DNA of 64,000 nt from Thermodesulfovibrionales bacterium (lineage in GTDB: Bacteria; Nitrospirota; Thermodesulfovibrionia; Thermodesulfovibrionales; SM23-35): the NCBI GenBank assembly GCA_963715195.1, contig CAVQRT010000003.1, positions 128,001 through 192,000 on the forward strand, written 5' to 3'. A program made the translations under genes and the position numbers. The notes under the pieces were generated by a model. It searched no databases. It was not told the origin of the DNA and saw only the letters and a program-made list of their open reading frames with translations. Shown here piece by piece: positions 1 to 10,260 of the stretch (the first letter of the stretch is position 1; every line of letters begins with the position of its first letter).

Positions 1-278
1 TATTTGTTTTGCGCGAACTTGACAACAACACCCGCTTCTATATCGAGGGAAACACCCGCTGTTGACAGTAACATTGTCGACGACATAGTAAGGACTGTTT
101 GCGAGTGTCCACGTTGTATTCGTGGATATAGATCCGGAGACAGTTGTGGTTGCATTCAGAACAGAAGGCACTATGATTCCCGAGACAAGAAAGGCGAAAA
201 TAAAAACGATAAAGCTTCTGCATATTACGTTTCTATTTCTTATCGATGCCTTTCAAAGAGTTCCTTGCCCTTTTTCAT
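1..278 (-). CDS. N-terminus of a secreted protein, probably a large beta-helix-type surface protein; runs off the window edge; frameshifted
   Basis: Manual minus-strand translation gives a hydrophobic signal (FIVFIFAFLVSGIIVPSVLNA) then TTTVSGSISTNTTWTLANSPYYVVDNVTVNSG/VSLDIEAGVVVKF. ATG at 278 follows a G-rich RBS. About two indels are needed to join the frames. Confidence 0.6.
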
Positions 279-400
279 TTTCTTGCCCCCCTGTAAATGA
301 AAGCCTTCTGTTCTGTGTATATGCTTTTAATCCCCATAATTACCCGCAACGTATTTCTTCCAGCTGAATGCCTCGTTCTTTTCATTCCTTAACTACCCAT

Positions 401-446
401 AAAAAAACAAAAGGCTGGCACCAACACACACGCCAGCCTCTTTTGT
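401..446 (-). terminator. Intrinsic terminator in the leader of the secreted-protein gene
   Basis: Minus strand GAGGCTGGCG-loop-TGCCAGCCTT followed by TTGTTTTTTT. Confidence 0.65.
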
Positions 447-514
447 ATGAAAATTTGTATTACAAAAAGAATTTACTGAATCAGCATTCTCACGACGTAT
501 TTGAAACAAACTTC

Positions 515-636
515 ATGACCATCCTGGCAGCCTCCCCCAAAGATTTTCTCGTATGAAGAGATTTCCCTTGGTGATTCCCTTCATACTGTGCCCGGAGATT
601 CAGTCCCCCACTTTCCACTGAAAAAAATTGCCTCGT
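515..636 (-). promoter_or_regulatory. Possible degenerate c-di-GMP-I (GEMM)-like riboswitch
   Basis: Minus strand GGCAA...GAAAGTGGGGGACTGAATCTCCGGGC, an 11-bp hairpin GTATGAAGGGA/TCTCTTCATAC, and 3' GGCTGCCAGG; followed by a terminator. P2 pairing is poor. Confidence 0.3.
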
Positions 637-658
637 TATCTCCCCTTCTTTACAAAAC

Positions 659-698
659 ATTAAACCCCATGAGAGGTTACAGATAGGTTACAGAAAAA
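659..698 (-). promoter_or_regulatory. Duplicated promoter element, copy 1 (tandem CTGTAACC, 11-bp period, then TTTAAT)
   Basis: 37/40 identical to 2711-2750; contains GGTTACAGATAGGTTACAG at 675-693. Confidence 0.6.
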
Positions 699-821
699 GC
701 GCTAAAGGCCGAAGTGCTGAAGCTCTGAAAGCTTTTTTCATATATTTATCAAGGTAATAGCACTTTTTATAAAAGTAATTTGCTATCATATGTGTTTTCA
801 GGAAAATGTATAGATATTCAA

Positions 822-2225
822 TCAAATATCATCGACATTCACTACTCTCAGGATGGCTCCTATTTGGTTAACATCATTATTCAGTTTGTCCATCAGCCGG
901 TTTAGATCTAAGCGATGCTCATCCTTATAAAAAAGGAACAGCCCCATCATCTTCTCTCTCTTTCTGTCGCGAGGCTGATTTGATAGTCCCATTTTTTGCA
1001 TCAACGGCATAAGTGTATCGGTTATCTCAGAAACACTGTTAAATCTTTCTGCCGGGTCTTTCCGTATGCTCTTTACGATAACGCTCTGGAGTTCCTCCGG
1101 AAGATCGGGAATCAGAATACGAGGGTCCGGAGTATTTTCGTTTAAATGCAATTGCAGCAATTCCCCAAGATCGTCTTCAGGAAACGGCCTTTTCCCGGTG
1201 AGCAATTCGTAGACCATGATCCCAAGAGAATAGATGTCTGTACGTTCATCAACCGGTTCACCCTGTATCTGTTCGGGAGACATATAAAAAAGAGTGCCGG
1301 GCATATTGAAATCCATGCTGCCTTGCGGACATGCAAGGCCGAAATCGACAATCTTTGCCTGCCCGTCCGGTTGTATATAAATATTGGAAGGCTTGATATC
1401 CTGATGGATGATATCTTGTTTGTGGGCGTATTCCAATCCGGAACACACCTGTAAAATAATATCCAAAAGCACGGAAAGTGATGGCCTCGGCATATTTGCG
1501 AGTAGATATTCAAGAGAAGATCCCTCGAGGAATTCCATGATAATAAAGACCGTCCGGAAACGTTCTTCTATGTCGTACACTTTCACAATATTCGGATTGT
1601 TCAGACGGGCTATGGTCTTTGCTTCGTACTCGAACTTTTCCAAGAACTCCGGATCCATGGCAATATTATGTTTCAGCATCTTTACGGCAACCGGCAATTT
1701 CAGAACAGTATGTACACCCTTATAGACGATGCTCCAGGCCCCCTGGTCAAGGACTTCATGTATGGTATATTTTCCAATGGTTCTGTCGGCGGTAATTTTT
1801 GAGGAAGAGAACCGTTGCGCAACTATTTCGGTCAAAATATTTCTGAGATCGGCAAATTCATGGCAGAGGTTATCGAACTGTTCCCTCGTCAGACTCCATA
1901 AATCCATATCCGTTTCGGCATCAACATGAGTGCTCCTGCGGTTCACCTGTTAAACCGCCATCTCTCCCACCACGTCTCCGGCTTTGAGGCGAGCGACTGC
2001 ATTTAGAGTATTGTCCTTTTCCACATTAACGATGCACGATCCACTTTGGATAATATAAAGACTGTCTCCCTCATCTCCTTGTGTGATAAATCTCTCTCCT
2101 GCTTTAACCTGTTTGAATTCCAAATTGTCCAACAATGGAGCGATTGAATCATGGGGTATAGAAGTCAAGAGTTTTGTACTCAGAAGGAACTCAACAGTGG
2201 ATACCTCGTGATCTCCCCTTCTCAA
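822..2225 (-). CDS. Cyclic-nucleotide-binding domain fused to a Hanks-type Ser/Thr kinase (split by indels near 1940-1955)
   Basis: ORF 1950-2225 has cNMP motifs (ITQGDEGDSLYII, GEMA); ORF 822-1946 continues RSTHVDA and has VAVK, HQDIKPSN, DFG, YMSPEQ. Confidence 0.85.
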
Positions 2226-2262
2226 TGTAAGTCACCTTCCACGATCTTGAAACCCGCCATAG

Positions 2263-2544
2263 TCAGGGGTGGGTGAATTTTACGTCTGTCCACATGACGT
2301 GGGCTTTTACCTTTGAATCCCCCGCCTTGATATTCATCCTCTTCCCAATTGGCAAGGCTATTTTCTTATTCAACTCGATCCCAATTCCATGGTGAGAAGC
2401 ATTCGTGAGAGTTGCATTGACTCTCTTTTTATGAAGTAAAAATGAAAGTGGAATCTGTTTTTCAGTTCGAGGTTCATTCCTGCGCTCAACTCCATGTGAT
2501 GCGACAGACGATATGTCGTGCACTTTTGAATTTTTTCTGCCCAT
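2263..2544 (-). CDS. Stand-alone PilZ-domain protein
   Basis: ERRNEPR (RxxxR) and NASHHG (D/NxSxxG) c-di-GMP motifs. Confidence 0.75.
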   Translation of the reverse strand: MGRKNSKVHDISSVASHGVERRNEPRTEKQIPLSFLLHKKRVNATLTNASHHGIGIELNKKIALPIGKRMNIKAGDSKVKAHVMWTDVKFTHP

Positions 2545-2689
2545 TCTTACCAGATTTCAGGATGCTCCAGAGTTCATCATAGGTGATAAATATTTTTTTC
2601 CCCTTAACTCCAACTTTTTCTGCCACGCCGAGGATACTCCGGGGTTTATTTTTCTCTTTTCGAAAGATCCGGACGACATAGGTTTCCAA
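2486..2689 (-). CDS. Small hypothetical protein (METYVVRIFRKEKNKPRSILGVAEKVG...)
   Basis: TTG start after AAGGGGG RBS; overlaps the PilZ gene; resembles small proteins I recall beside MalT/SARP-type regulators. Confidence 0.6.
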   Translation of the reverse strand: METYVVRIFRKEKNKPRSILGVAEKVGVKGKKIFITYDELWSILKSGKNGQKKFKSARHIVCRITWS

Positions 2690-2710
2690 AATATCCCCCT
2701 TTTGGAGATT

Positions 2711-2750
2711 ATTAAAACCCATGGGAGGTTACAGATAGGTTACAGGAAAA
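2711..2750 (-). promoter_or_regulatory. Duplicated promoter element, copy 2
   Basis: GGTTACAGATAGGTTACAG at 2727-2745; 37/40 identical to 659-698. Confidence 0.6.
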
Positions 2751-2754
2751 TAAA

Positions 2755-2950
2755 GTGCTGAAGGATGAAGGCTGAAGGGTAGAAAAAAGAGAGAACTGGA
2801 GAGCTAAAGACTGAAGTTCTAAAAGCTAAAAAACTCAAGAATGGGGAGCTGAAGGCGAAATAGACTGAAGGATGAAGAAAGTAGAACTGAAGTGCTGAAG
2901 GATGAAGGCTGAAGCTTTAAGTCTAAAGACTAAAGATCTTAAGGCTGAAG
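2755..2950 (+). repeat. Degenerate GCTGAAG-type heptamer tandem repeats
   Basis: Repeated GCTGAAG/GATGAAG/ACTGAAG units; inverted copies (CTTCAGC) at 3321-3367 and a short run at 702-732. Confidence 0.75.
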
Positions 2951-3010
2951 TAGAAACAAACAGAGTCTAAGTTGTTGAATTTAAGATCTTATCGTGCTAT
3001 CCTGTTGGCT

Positions 3011-3373
3011 ATGTCGAATTACAGAAAACTGATCGCATGGCAAAAATCCGACGAGCTTGCTTTAATGGTATACAATGTTACGAAGAATTTCCCTAAGCAG
3101 GAGTTATTTGGTCTTACCTCGCAACTGAGGAGAGCAGCTCTTTCTGTACCCACAAATATTGTTGAAGGATATAATAGAAAAAGCAAAAAGGAATTACATA
3201 GATTTATTGATATCGCATTAGGTTCGCTTGCTGAAACTGAGTATTTAATAGAGTTTTCCCAAAAACTTGGCTATATAAAAGGTGATATTTCTCATATCGA
3301 AACCGCTATCGTTGAAATTGGCTTCAGCCTTCATCCTTCAGTGCTTTTTGCTCTTCAGCGCTTCAGGATTTGA
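3011..3373 (+). CDS. Four-helix-bundle protein (23S rRNA IVS protein-like family); last helix apparently truncated
   Basis: YRKLIAWQKS...FPKQELFGLTSQLRRAALSVPTNIVEG...IALGSLAETEY; ORF runs into the inverted repeat and overlaps the 3' end of the regulator. Confidence 0.85.
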   Translation: MSNYRKLIAWQKSDELALMVYNVTKNFPKQELFGLTSQLRRAALSVPTNIVEGYNRKSKKELHRFIDIALGSLAETEYLIEFSQKLGYIKGDISHIETAIVEIGFSLHPSVLFALQRFRI

Positions 3374-6300
3374 GCCCTGAGTGCTTCTGTTTCAGGTGAA
3401 GGCTCTAGTCCCAGCGCGGCAGAAGTTTTACGACGACGATTGTAAACCGCACGGGCTTCTGCTCTTCTTCCCATACGCTGATAGCGGCCATGAGTCGCTG
3501 GTAAAAGTTTTGGGCGAGGTCATCCACTTCAATGCCCTTGCGAAAAAGGGATTTTGCGCTTTGCACTTCTCCCCTCTTTTCGAAAAAAGGCCAGCCATCT
3601 CAATATTTGAAGAAATCTATTCTAGATGTTCACGAAAAGGATGCTACCCAGGGCTCACCTTCATCAGCCAAAAAATGCCCCGCATTAATTTCAAAGCTCT
3701 TGCGAAAGCGACATGATATTCAATTTGATTTCCCCTGTCATTCCTCCCGTCCAAACAGATCTTCCAAACGATTCAGAATTCTCTGCAGAAACCACGCATC
3801 AACCCAACAGCAACGGTCGATTGTTATTTTTCCATCACTGACGATCAGGGCTTTTTCACTGTGTCTCGGAGTTCACGGAGACGAGATAAGTAGGTTTGAA
3901 AGTGATATGACCGACCATCACCATATGCATCTAGCAGGAACATAAATGAGACGATCTTCTGAAACACCTTTTCCCTCCGCAAGCAATCACTGCTTTCAGA
4001 GCAGAAGCAGTTTCAATAGCACCTCCCCGGAGCCTCACGGGCTGCCCTGCTTTCCTAACCCAAACCGACCCAAGGTATTCAGTGTTTCCAACGGCCAGGG
4101 CCATCGTTCATCAACTGCAAGAAGTATCTGGAGAAGGTGGTCTTGTTTCTTTCGAATAGGAGTCTTTATATATTTTTCTTCAATTCCATGCTCAGTGCTT
4201 TCGTGAGGACAGTTTCCAGAGACACAAGGTTCAAGAGGCATCAATAGATTCATCGATCCTTTTTCTCGTCCTTTCTTCATCCCCTTGCGTATTGCCCTGA
4301 GAGCAGGCACTTCTTTTCCCTTCCTCAGGTAGAAGTATGCCTCAGTAAACAACAGGATGAAGGGCACAAATTCATTGTTGCTTTGCAATCCCAATGGTGT
4401 GAGCTCGTGAAAGACTTTTGAATGCCTGATTATTCTCCCCAAAGGCATTTGCAAGATAGGCTTTCCAGTACATAGGCGACAGAAGGGGTCCATGGATTAC
4501 CGATATCTTCACACAGCCTCAGACATTCTTCAGCATGAGTTGATGTTTGAGAGAGACTACCCTGATACAAGGCTACCCAGGCAGCACAGTAATGGTTGAA
4601 ACTCTTCTCCCAAGGCTTCATCAGGCTTGATGCAGAGATCATTTTTTGAAGACCGCTTTGCCTGAGGACTATTTCCACTTTTTAATGAGCTGATTAACCG
4701 TGTCCCAACAGCATATGTTCCATAACTCTGATTTTAAGGGATCGTGCCAGTTCAAGACCTTTCGACAACCACGTTCCCGCATTGTTTTTACATCGACATC
4801 ACATTAAAAAAAGCGGCCCCGAACCAGATCACAGTTAATATAATCAATGGAGGTGCATCATACCGTTCAATCATGCCCTGCAACGTTTCGAGGGCAATCT
4901 GCAATGCGCCGATTCGCCTAAACTATACAGGTAACTGGCCTCAGCAGTTGACATCATTATTTTCTGATATTCTTCCGAGGTCCTGTCAGTGATGGTGCGG
5001 ATGCAGTTTACCCATTTCTCCGCATCAATAGTTTGAGGTTTCCTCAGGTGAGTATCTTAAAGACGCTTAACACGACTTCGACCTCGGTATCTTCAGAAGG
5101 AATCCCCCATACTGTTGTATCATCCGTTCGCCTTCTTTTACCGAATTGGTCAAGCGATTTCAGACTTCTGGCCGAGTATGATCGATTCCACAGCCCGGCC
5201 CATGCCAGAAAAGACGCTGCCGCTTCATGAGATTCCCGAAAATCATAAAGTGCCTTCTCGAATACCTGCTGGCTCTATCTGGAAAACGGCATTCTGGATA
5301 CGCCTGACCAGGTAGAGCGACCAAGGATCAGCAGGTACAGCTTCTTCAGGAACAATGACCAGCCAGTTTTGGAGCGTCCCGTCTTTCCTGTCTTGTTGAG
5401 GACGGTGCCCATTTTAGAAGATAATGGATATCAGACTTTTTACGTCTCCAGATTCATGAATCAAACGAACGGCATCTTCTGCATGTTCTCATTCTTCAAG
5501 GAGCATTGCGGAATCATGTTTGATCATCGATGACTTGGCTGGGTCCAATGCACTTTTTGCCATGGAAAGTAAAAACTGCCCGGAAAAGCTGGTGATACCG
5601 GTAAGAAGTGCTTCCCTTCAATATTTTTTCGTGTGAGTATTCCTCTATAAAAAAACATCCCCTGATCAGGTCGTCCAGGATGGTATCGACATGTTTCATA
5701 CGAGTAAGTTTAGCGGCCATGTCACTACTCATTACAGGTAAGAAGCATGTCCTGAGCAAGAAGTCCTGCGTATTCTTGTCTGTCTTGAAAAAAACCTCTT
5801 GACCAAAATAGTCAAAGATATTCTGTGACGAAACCGGGACAGGTAGTCTCTCGTTATGAGACTCTGCATCGCTGCTCTTAAGAAAAAGCATGAGCCCGGC
5901 AGCCCAGCCGTTTGTCTTATCAAAAAGAGCACGAAAAACATTTTCCGGAAACCCACCCGGCATCTCCTTCTCAATGAGGTCCCTTGTCTCTTCCACAGTA
6001 AACTTCAGTGCATCCCAACCAATAATATGAGCCGACCCATGAACGATAAGACGTGCGAATGCAGGCGGTGGGTCCTTTCTGCTCAAAATGAAAAAGGTAA
6101 AACCTTCGGGAACCCCTCGTAATACATTGGCGATAATTGCATGAAACCTTGAACTGGCAGGCATTTCATGATAGTTGTCAATAACAAACATAAAAGGTTT
6201 ATTGATTCTGCTAAAGATTGCCTCGAAATAGCGATGGGAAAAAATAAGATCTCCACGTGCATGTTCAGCCGTATAGCGGGGCAATAGATGCCTTTTCTTA

Positions 6301-6605
6301 GGAAATAATTTCCGAAGGGCAATTTCCGTATAATAAAAAAGGTCCCAATGTCTTTATCTCCTTCATCGACCGAATACCATAAACAGGGAATATTGCGGTC
6401 AGATGCATAACTTGAGACAAGCGAAGTCTTGCCTGATCCGGGCCGGGCTCACGACAAAAGTTACCGGTGATTTTCTGCTGTTGTCGAGAATTGTGAAAAG
6501 TCGCCGTCGTGGCAGTATTCCAGCCACAGCAGGGCGGGCTATTTTCGGGAATAAAAGGAATCGTTTTTTGGTACGATTATTTTTTATCCCATCTATTCCC
6601 TCCAT
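3355..6605 (-). CDS. MalT-like P-loop ATPase / helical repeats / C-terminal wHTH-BTAD (SARP) transcriptional regulator; heavily frameshifted
   Basis: PKIARP...LPRRRLF start; reconstructed Walker A PAGSGKT; FVIDNYHE; KTNGWAAGL; YRYHQLFR; WPWPL..TLGRF; FYQRLM; ends LGLEPSPETEALRAQILKR*. Confidence 0.8.
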
Positions 6606-6626
6606 TCAACTAATTCCAGAAAATAT

Positions 6627-7395
6627 TTACACCCTTATCGTATCCCCATCCTTCAATATCCTCATGTGCATGAGGCTGAGTTTCTTCAGTTCATTTTTGA
6701 TAATTCCTTGATACTGTGGTTTTAAATGCGTAATACAGAGCTGCTCCGGTTTCTGTTGTATTTTCGCCAGTTCTTTTACCAGCAATTCCGGCGTCAGGTG
6801 TCCGCTTCGTAACGCCATTGCGCTCAAGGCATTGGGGAATGAAACGTCGATGATGAGGCAATTCAGTTTCTTATTCCCGAGTTTTTCCCACGTTCTTGCA
6901 GACGGCCCCGTATCCCCGGTATAAAAAAATATTCTACTCTTTCCATCTTCGACAAGATATCCAACTGCTGATACAGTGTGATTCACCTCGTATGGAGTAA
7001 TGGTGTAACTGTTCACACGGATTGATTTCCCGGTCGAGAGCTTCACAAGGTTCAGTATCGCATCGTCAGGCTTGGGGAGGATCGTAAATCGGGCCACATG
7101 GCGCTGTTGAACAAGTGCTCCTTTATCATTCTTAAAACCGGGGGGATACGATAGAGCGAGACTTTATTCTGTTTTTTTGAAACGATAATATTATCGGCAA
7201 GAAATGGAATGCTTGCGATGTGATCAAGGTGCGCATGAGTGATGAAGATATGTTTTATTTTCATCTGAGCCTTTTCATCCAGCGCCCCGGTAAAGCTTCC
7301 TGCATCGAATATGATTTCTTCATTCAGAAAGAAAACTCGGGGGTCTTATGCCCCGGCAATTCCGCACCCGAACAGCCTATGACCTTGATTTTCAT
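6627..7395 (-). CDS. MBL-fold (class II-like) 3',5'-cyclic nucleotide phosphodiesterase; frameshifted
   Basis: MKIKVIGCSGAE, THAHLDH, VNHTV, YTGDTG, DVSFPN, SGHLTP, ITHLKP across three frames. Confidence 0.8.
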
Positions 7396-7469
7396 GGTAT
7401 GCTCCTGATTACTTCCGCCAGTCCCACATTTATTGAATTTCGTCCATAAAGTTCCTACCTATATAGTCC

Positions 7470-7542
7470 GTCATTCCCCGACTTGGCCGGGAATCCATTT
7501 CTCGAGACAGCTCCTGATTGTCCGGTCATGCGGGACAATGAC
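7470..7542. repeat. GTCATT...AATGAC REP/MITE-like palindrome doublet
   Basis: GTCATTCCCCGACTTGGCCGGGAATCC...GATTGTCCGGTCATGCGGGACAATGAC. Confidence 0.7.
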
Positions 7543-7563
7543 AAAACATTAATTTATGTTGCT

Positions 7564-10021
7564 TTACGAAGAGACCTTGTATATCCTTACCCCCTGCTCT
7601 TTCCCTTTCACTTTAACCTTTGCGAGATCAATAAATTTCACCCCGCTCATACTACCAGATTCGATGCTCTTTCTGATATGCTCATAGGTAGGTTCTGTAA
7701 TCAGTATCCTCGGTTCATACTGCCGGGTGATCTTTTCCACCCGCGATGCGAGATTGACTGTGTCACCGATGACCGTGTAATCCATCTTCATGCCCTCCAC
7801 ACCGATGTTGCCGACCAGTACTTCACCGGTGTTGATGCCTATGCCGCAGTTGAGAACCGGCTTGCCCTCCTTCTCCCATTTCTTCTGGAGTTCATCGAGC
7901 GTCTTCGAAACCTCGAGTGCGCACTGAACCGCAAGTTCGGCATGGTTCGGCTGCGGAAAGGGAGCCCCCCAGAATGCCATTATCTGGTCGCCTGCAAACT
8001 CGTCTAGCGTGCCCTGCCACTTAAATATCCCGGTGCTCATTTCTGTAAAGTATTCATTCAGGATCGAGACTACTTCCTCCGGCTGCAGTTTCTCTGAGAG
8101 TGATGTGAACCCAATAAGGTCCATGAATAAGATCGTGACAGTCTTCCTGTCACCGCCGAGATTGACTTCTACGTCTTTGTGGATGATATCTTCGACAACC
8201 TGGGGTGAAAGATAACGGGAGAGATTCGTCCGTATGATCTCTTCCTTTTTGATCTGGTCAACGAGCTTGGCGTTTTCGATAGCCACTGCACCGCTGTTCG
8301 CTAAGGTATTCAAAAGATTGATATCCTCACGGGTGTAAAAATGACCCGACTTCTTGTAGCCAGGGCAAGGGCTCCCTTGACCGTATCCTGATGAAGGAGA
8401 GGCAGCACCATGCTTACCCCCATTCTCGAAAACCGGTCAGTGCAGGTATCCCTGATATCTTTGTAGCGAGGGTCTTCGTTTATGTCGTAGATGGTAATCA
8501 GCTTCTTGTTTTGTGAAATGAGATTGACAAACGGGTCATCGTACTGTATGCATTCGTTTTCATTGGTCTGGACTGATCAGTCTCATCGCCGATAAACATA
8601 GTTTGACATTCTTTCTTCTTGTCATCGAGAATAAGCACGCCGGCCTTATCAATAAACATTTCAAGCCTTGCTGTATTGATGAGCTTCCGAATGATTTCGT
8701 TCAGGTCTAGCATCGAGGTCAACGCATTGCTGACTTTCGTGACGGTCTCCTTGTAATCAAACTTCTTCCGGTAAAAGAGCTTGTCAACGGCGGTCTGAAC
8801 CGTCCTGTTGAGTGGATTGAAAAAGAAAACGACAATAATCGCAAAAAGTACCGGGTAGATTTTTTCTGAGTGTTCGCCGAATACCGGCTCGAACGTCGTC
8901 TGACTCCCACCTGCAGCGAGAAATACGTCAGGCCGACGACAGCGGTCATAATAGCATACCCAACTGCCCTTTTGACGTAGACGTCGACATCGAAGAGGTT
9001 GTGCTTTGCTATTGCATACGCGATAGATGCAGGAAATATGATGATGGGAATCGAGGTAAAATTTGTTATGACTTCAAATCCCACCAACGTTTCCCCCAAG
9101 AATGCGGCAAGGGACCAACTGCCGGTATGGGTAGCGCAAGCAAGGCTCCAAAAAGGACCACCTTCGCACGCTGCCTTGCAAGCACTGATGATTTCTTTGC
9201 AAAAGCATGAAGATTGAAACAATTAATGCGAGTGCACTATGAGCGCATAGAAAAGGACAATGGTAGAAGAATGGTAAACGCAGGTTGGGGATAGGAGATT
9301 TGTATAGGCACAACCAGTACTGTCGATATTATATAGGGAATAAGCTGAAAACGCGGACGTTTGTCGACCAACCTCGATCTTTCGGGGAACAACAGGCTGA
9401 GATGGAGAACGACAGCAGGCAGAAAGGCATCGTCGAAAAGATAAGCCTTACAAATCCAAAGTGTGTTGTTTCCAAATCGAAGGACACGAATGATGAAACA
9501 CCTTGAAGGAGACAAGCGCAGAAAAAACCCAGCTGATCATCGCATCGGGCTTGAGATGAAATACGATAATTCCGAGCAAAAGATAGAAGATGCCCAGGAA
9601 AAAAATGATGCCGAAGGTCAACTAGGTCTATGCCTGTAAAACGCATCGTTGGAACAGTTACCGAAATGACTTCGGCTTCTCTCTTAACCTGGTATTGAAT
9701 CGGGGTACCTACCTTAGTATTCAGGACTATTTCCTCGAGGACCTTTGCGGAAGAGACTTCTTTCCCATTGGCCCTAAGAATCTTGTCAGGATATTTCAAA
9801 CCGGCCTGCGTTCCGGTCCAGTGGTACTGACCAATATATCCGACAACCATCCGCTGATTGACGAGAAACCCCGGGAAAGGCTTATCTAACCATTGCACGG
9901 CGTTCCAGATGCATACTGCACCAATAGTCAAGGCAGCAATAATAAGTGCGATAAAAACAACCCTGCCGATGGATTGTCCGCCTGGTAAGTTTTTAGAAAA
10001 AGAGGATATCATGCTATTCAT
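7564..10021 (-). CDS. Membrane-bound class III nucleotidyl cyclase (TM-PDZ-multiTM-GAF-cyclase); frameshifted
   Basis: PDZ-like QAGLKYPDKILRANG; TM segments; GAF (YKKSGHFYTREDINLLNTLANSGAVAIENA); cyclase ILFMDLIGFT, GTLDEFAGD, YTVIGDTVNLASRVE. Confidence 0.85.
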
Positions 10022-10049
10022 ATCTAAAATTCGGATAAGATCTTTCTCC

Positions 10050-10133
10050 GTCATTGCCCGACTTGATCGGGCAATCCAGTATCGAATAAAAAGCTCTAAA
10101 GAACTGGATTATCCGGTCAAGCCGGATAATGAC
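10050..10133. repeat. GTCATT...AATGAC REP/MITE-like palindrome doublet
   Basis: GTCATTGCCCGACTTGATCGGGCAATCCAG...CTGGATTATCCGGTCAAGCCGGATAATGAC. Confidence 0.8.
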
Positions 10134-10260
10134 ACCCACTGGAACGGAGTTCGCCATGAATCTACTCAAGAATAAGCTAATCTCACAAGACAAAAGAATG
10201 CAATAAGTCCTGCCCATTTTTTGGAGAGGAAATTTTCTACGTATGTAAAAATCTTATATC

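Noticed and set aside
2755..2950. Tandem repeats as a CRISPR array
   Set aside because: Degenerate 7-mers without unique spacers and no cas genes.
3011..3373. Four-helix bundle as the Avd of a diversity-generating retroelement
   Set aside because: No reverse transcriptase and no template/variable repeat pair seen in the window.
3381..6322. Many short ORFs in this interval as separate genes
   Set aside because: Minus-strand ones are fragments of one frameshifted regulator; plus-strand ones are antisense shadows.
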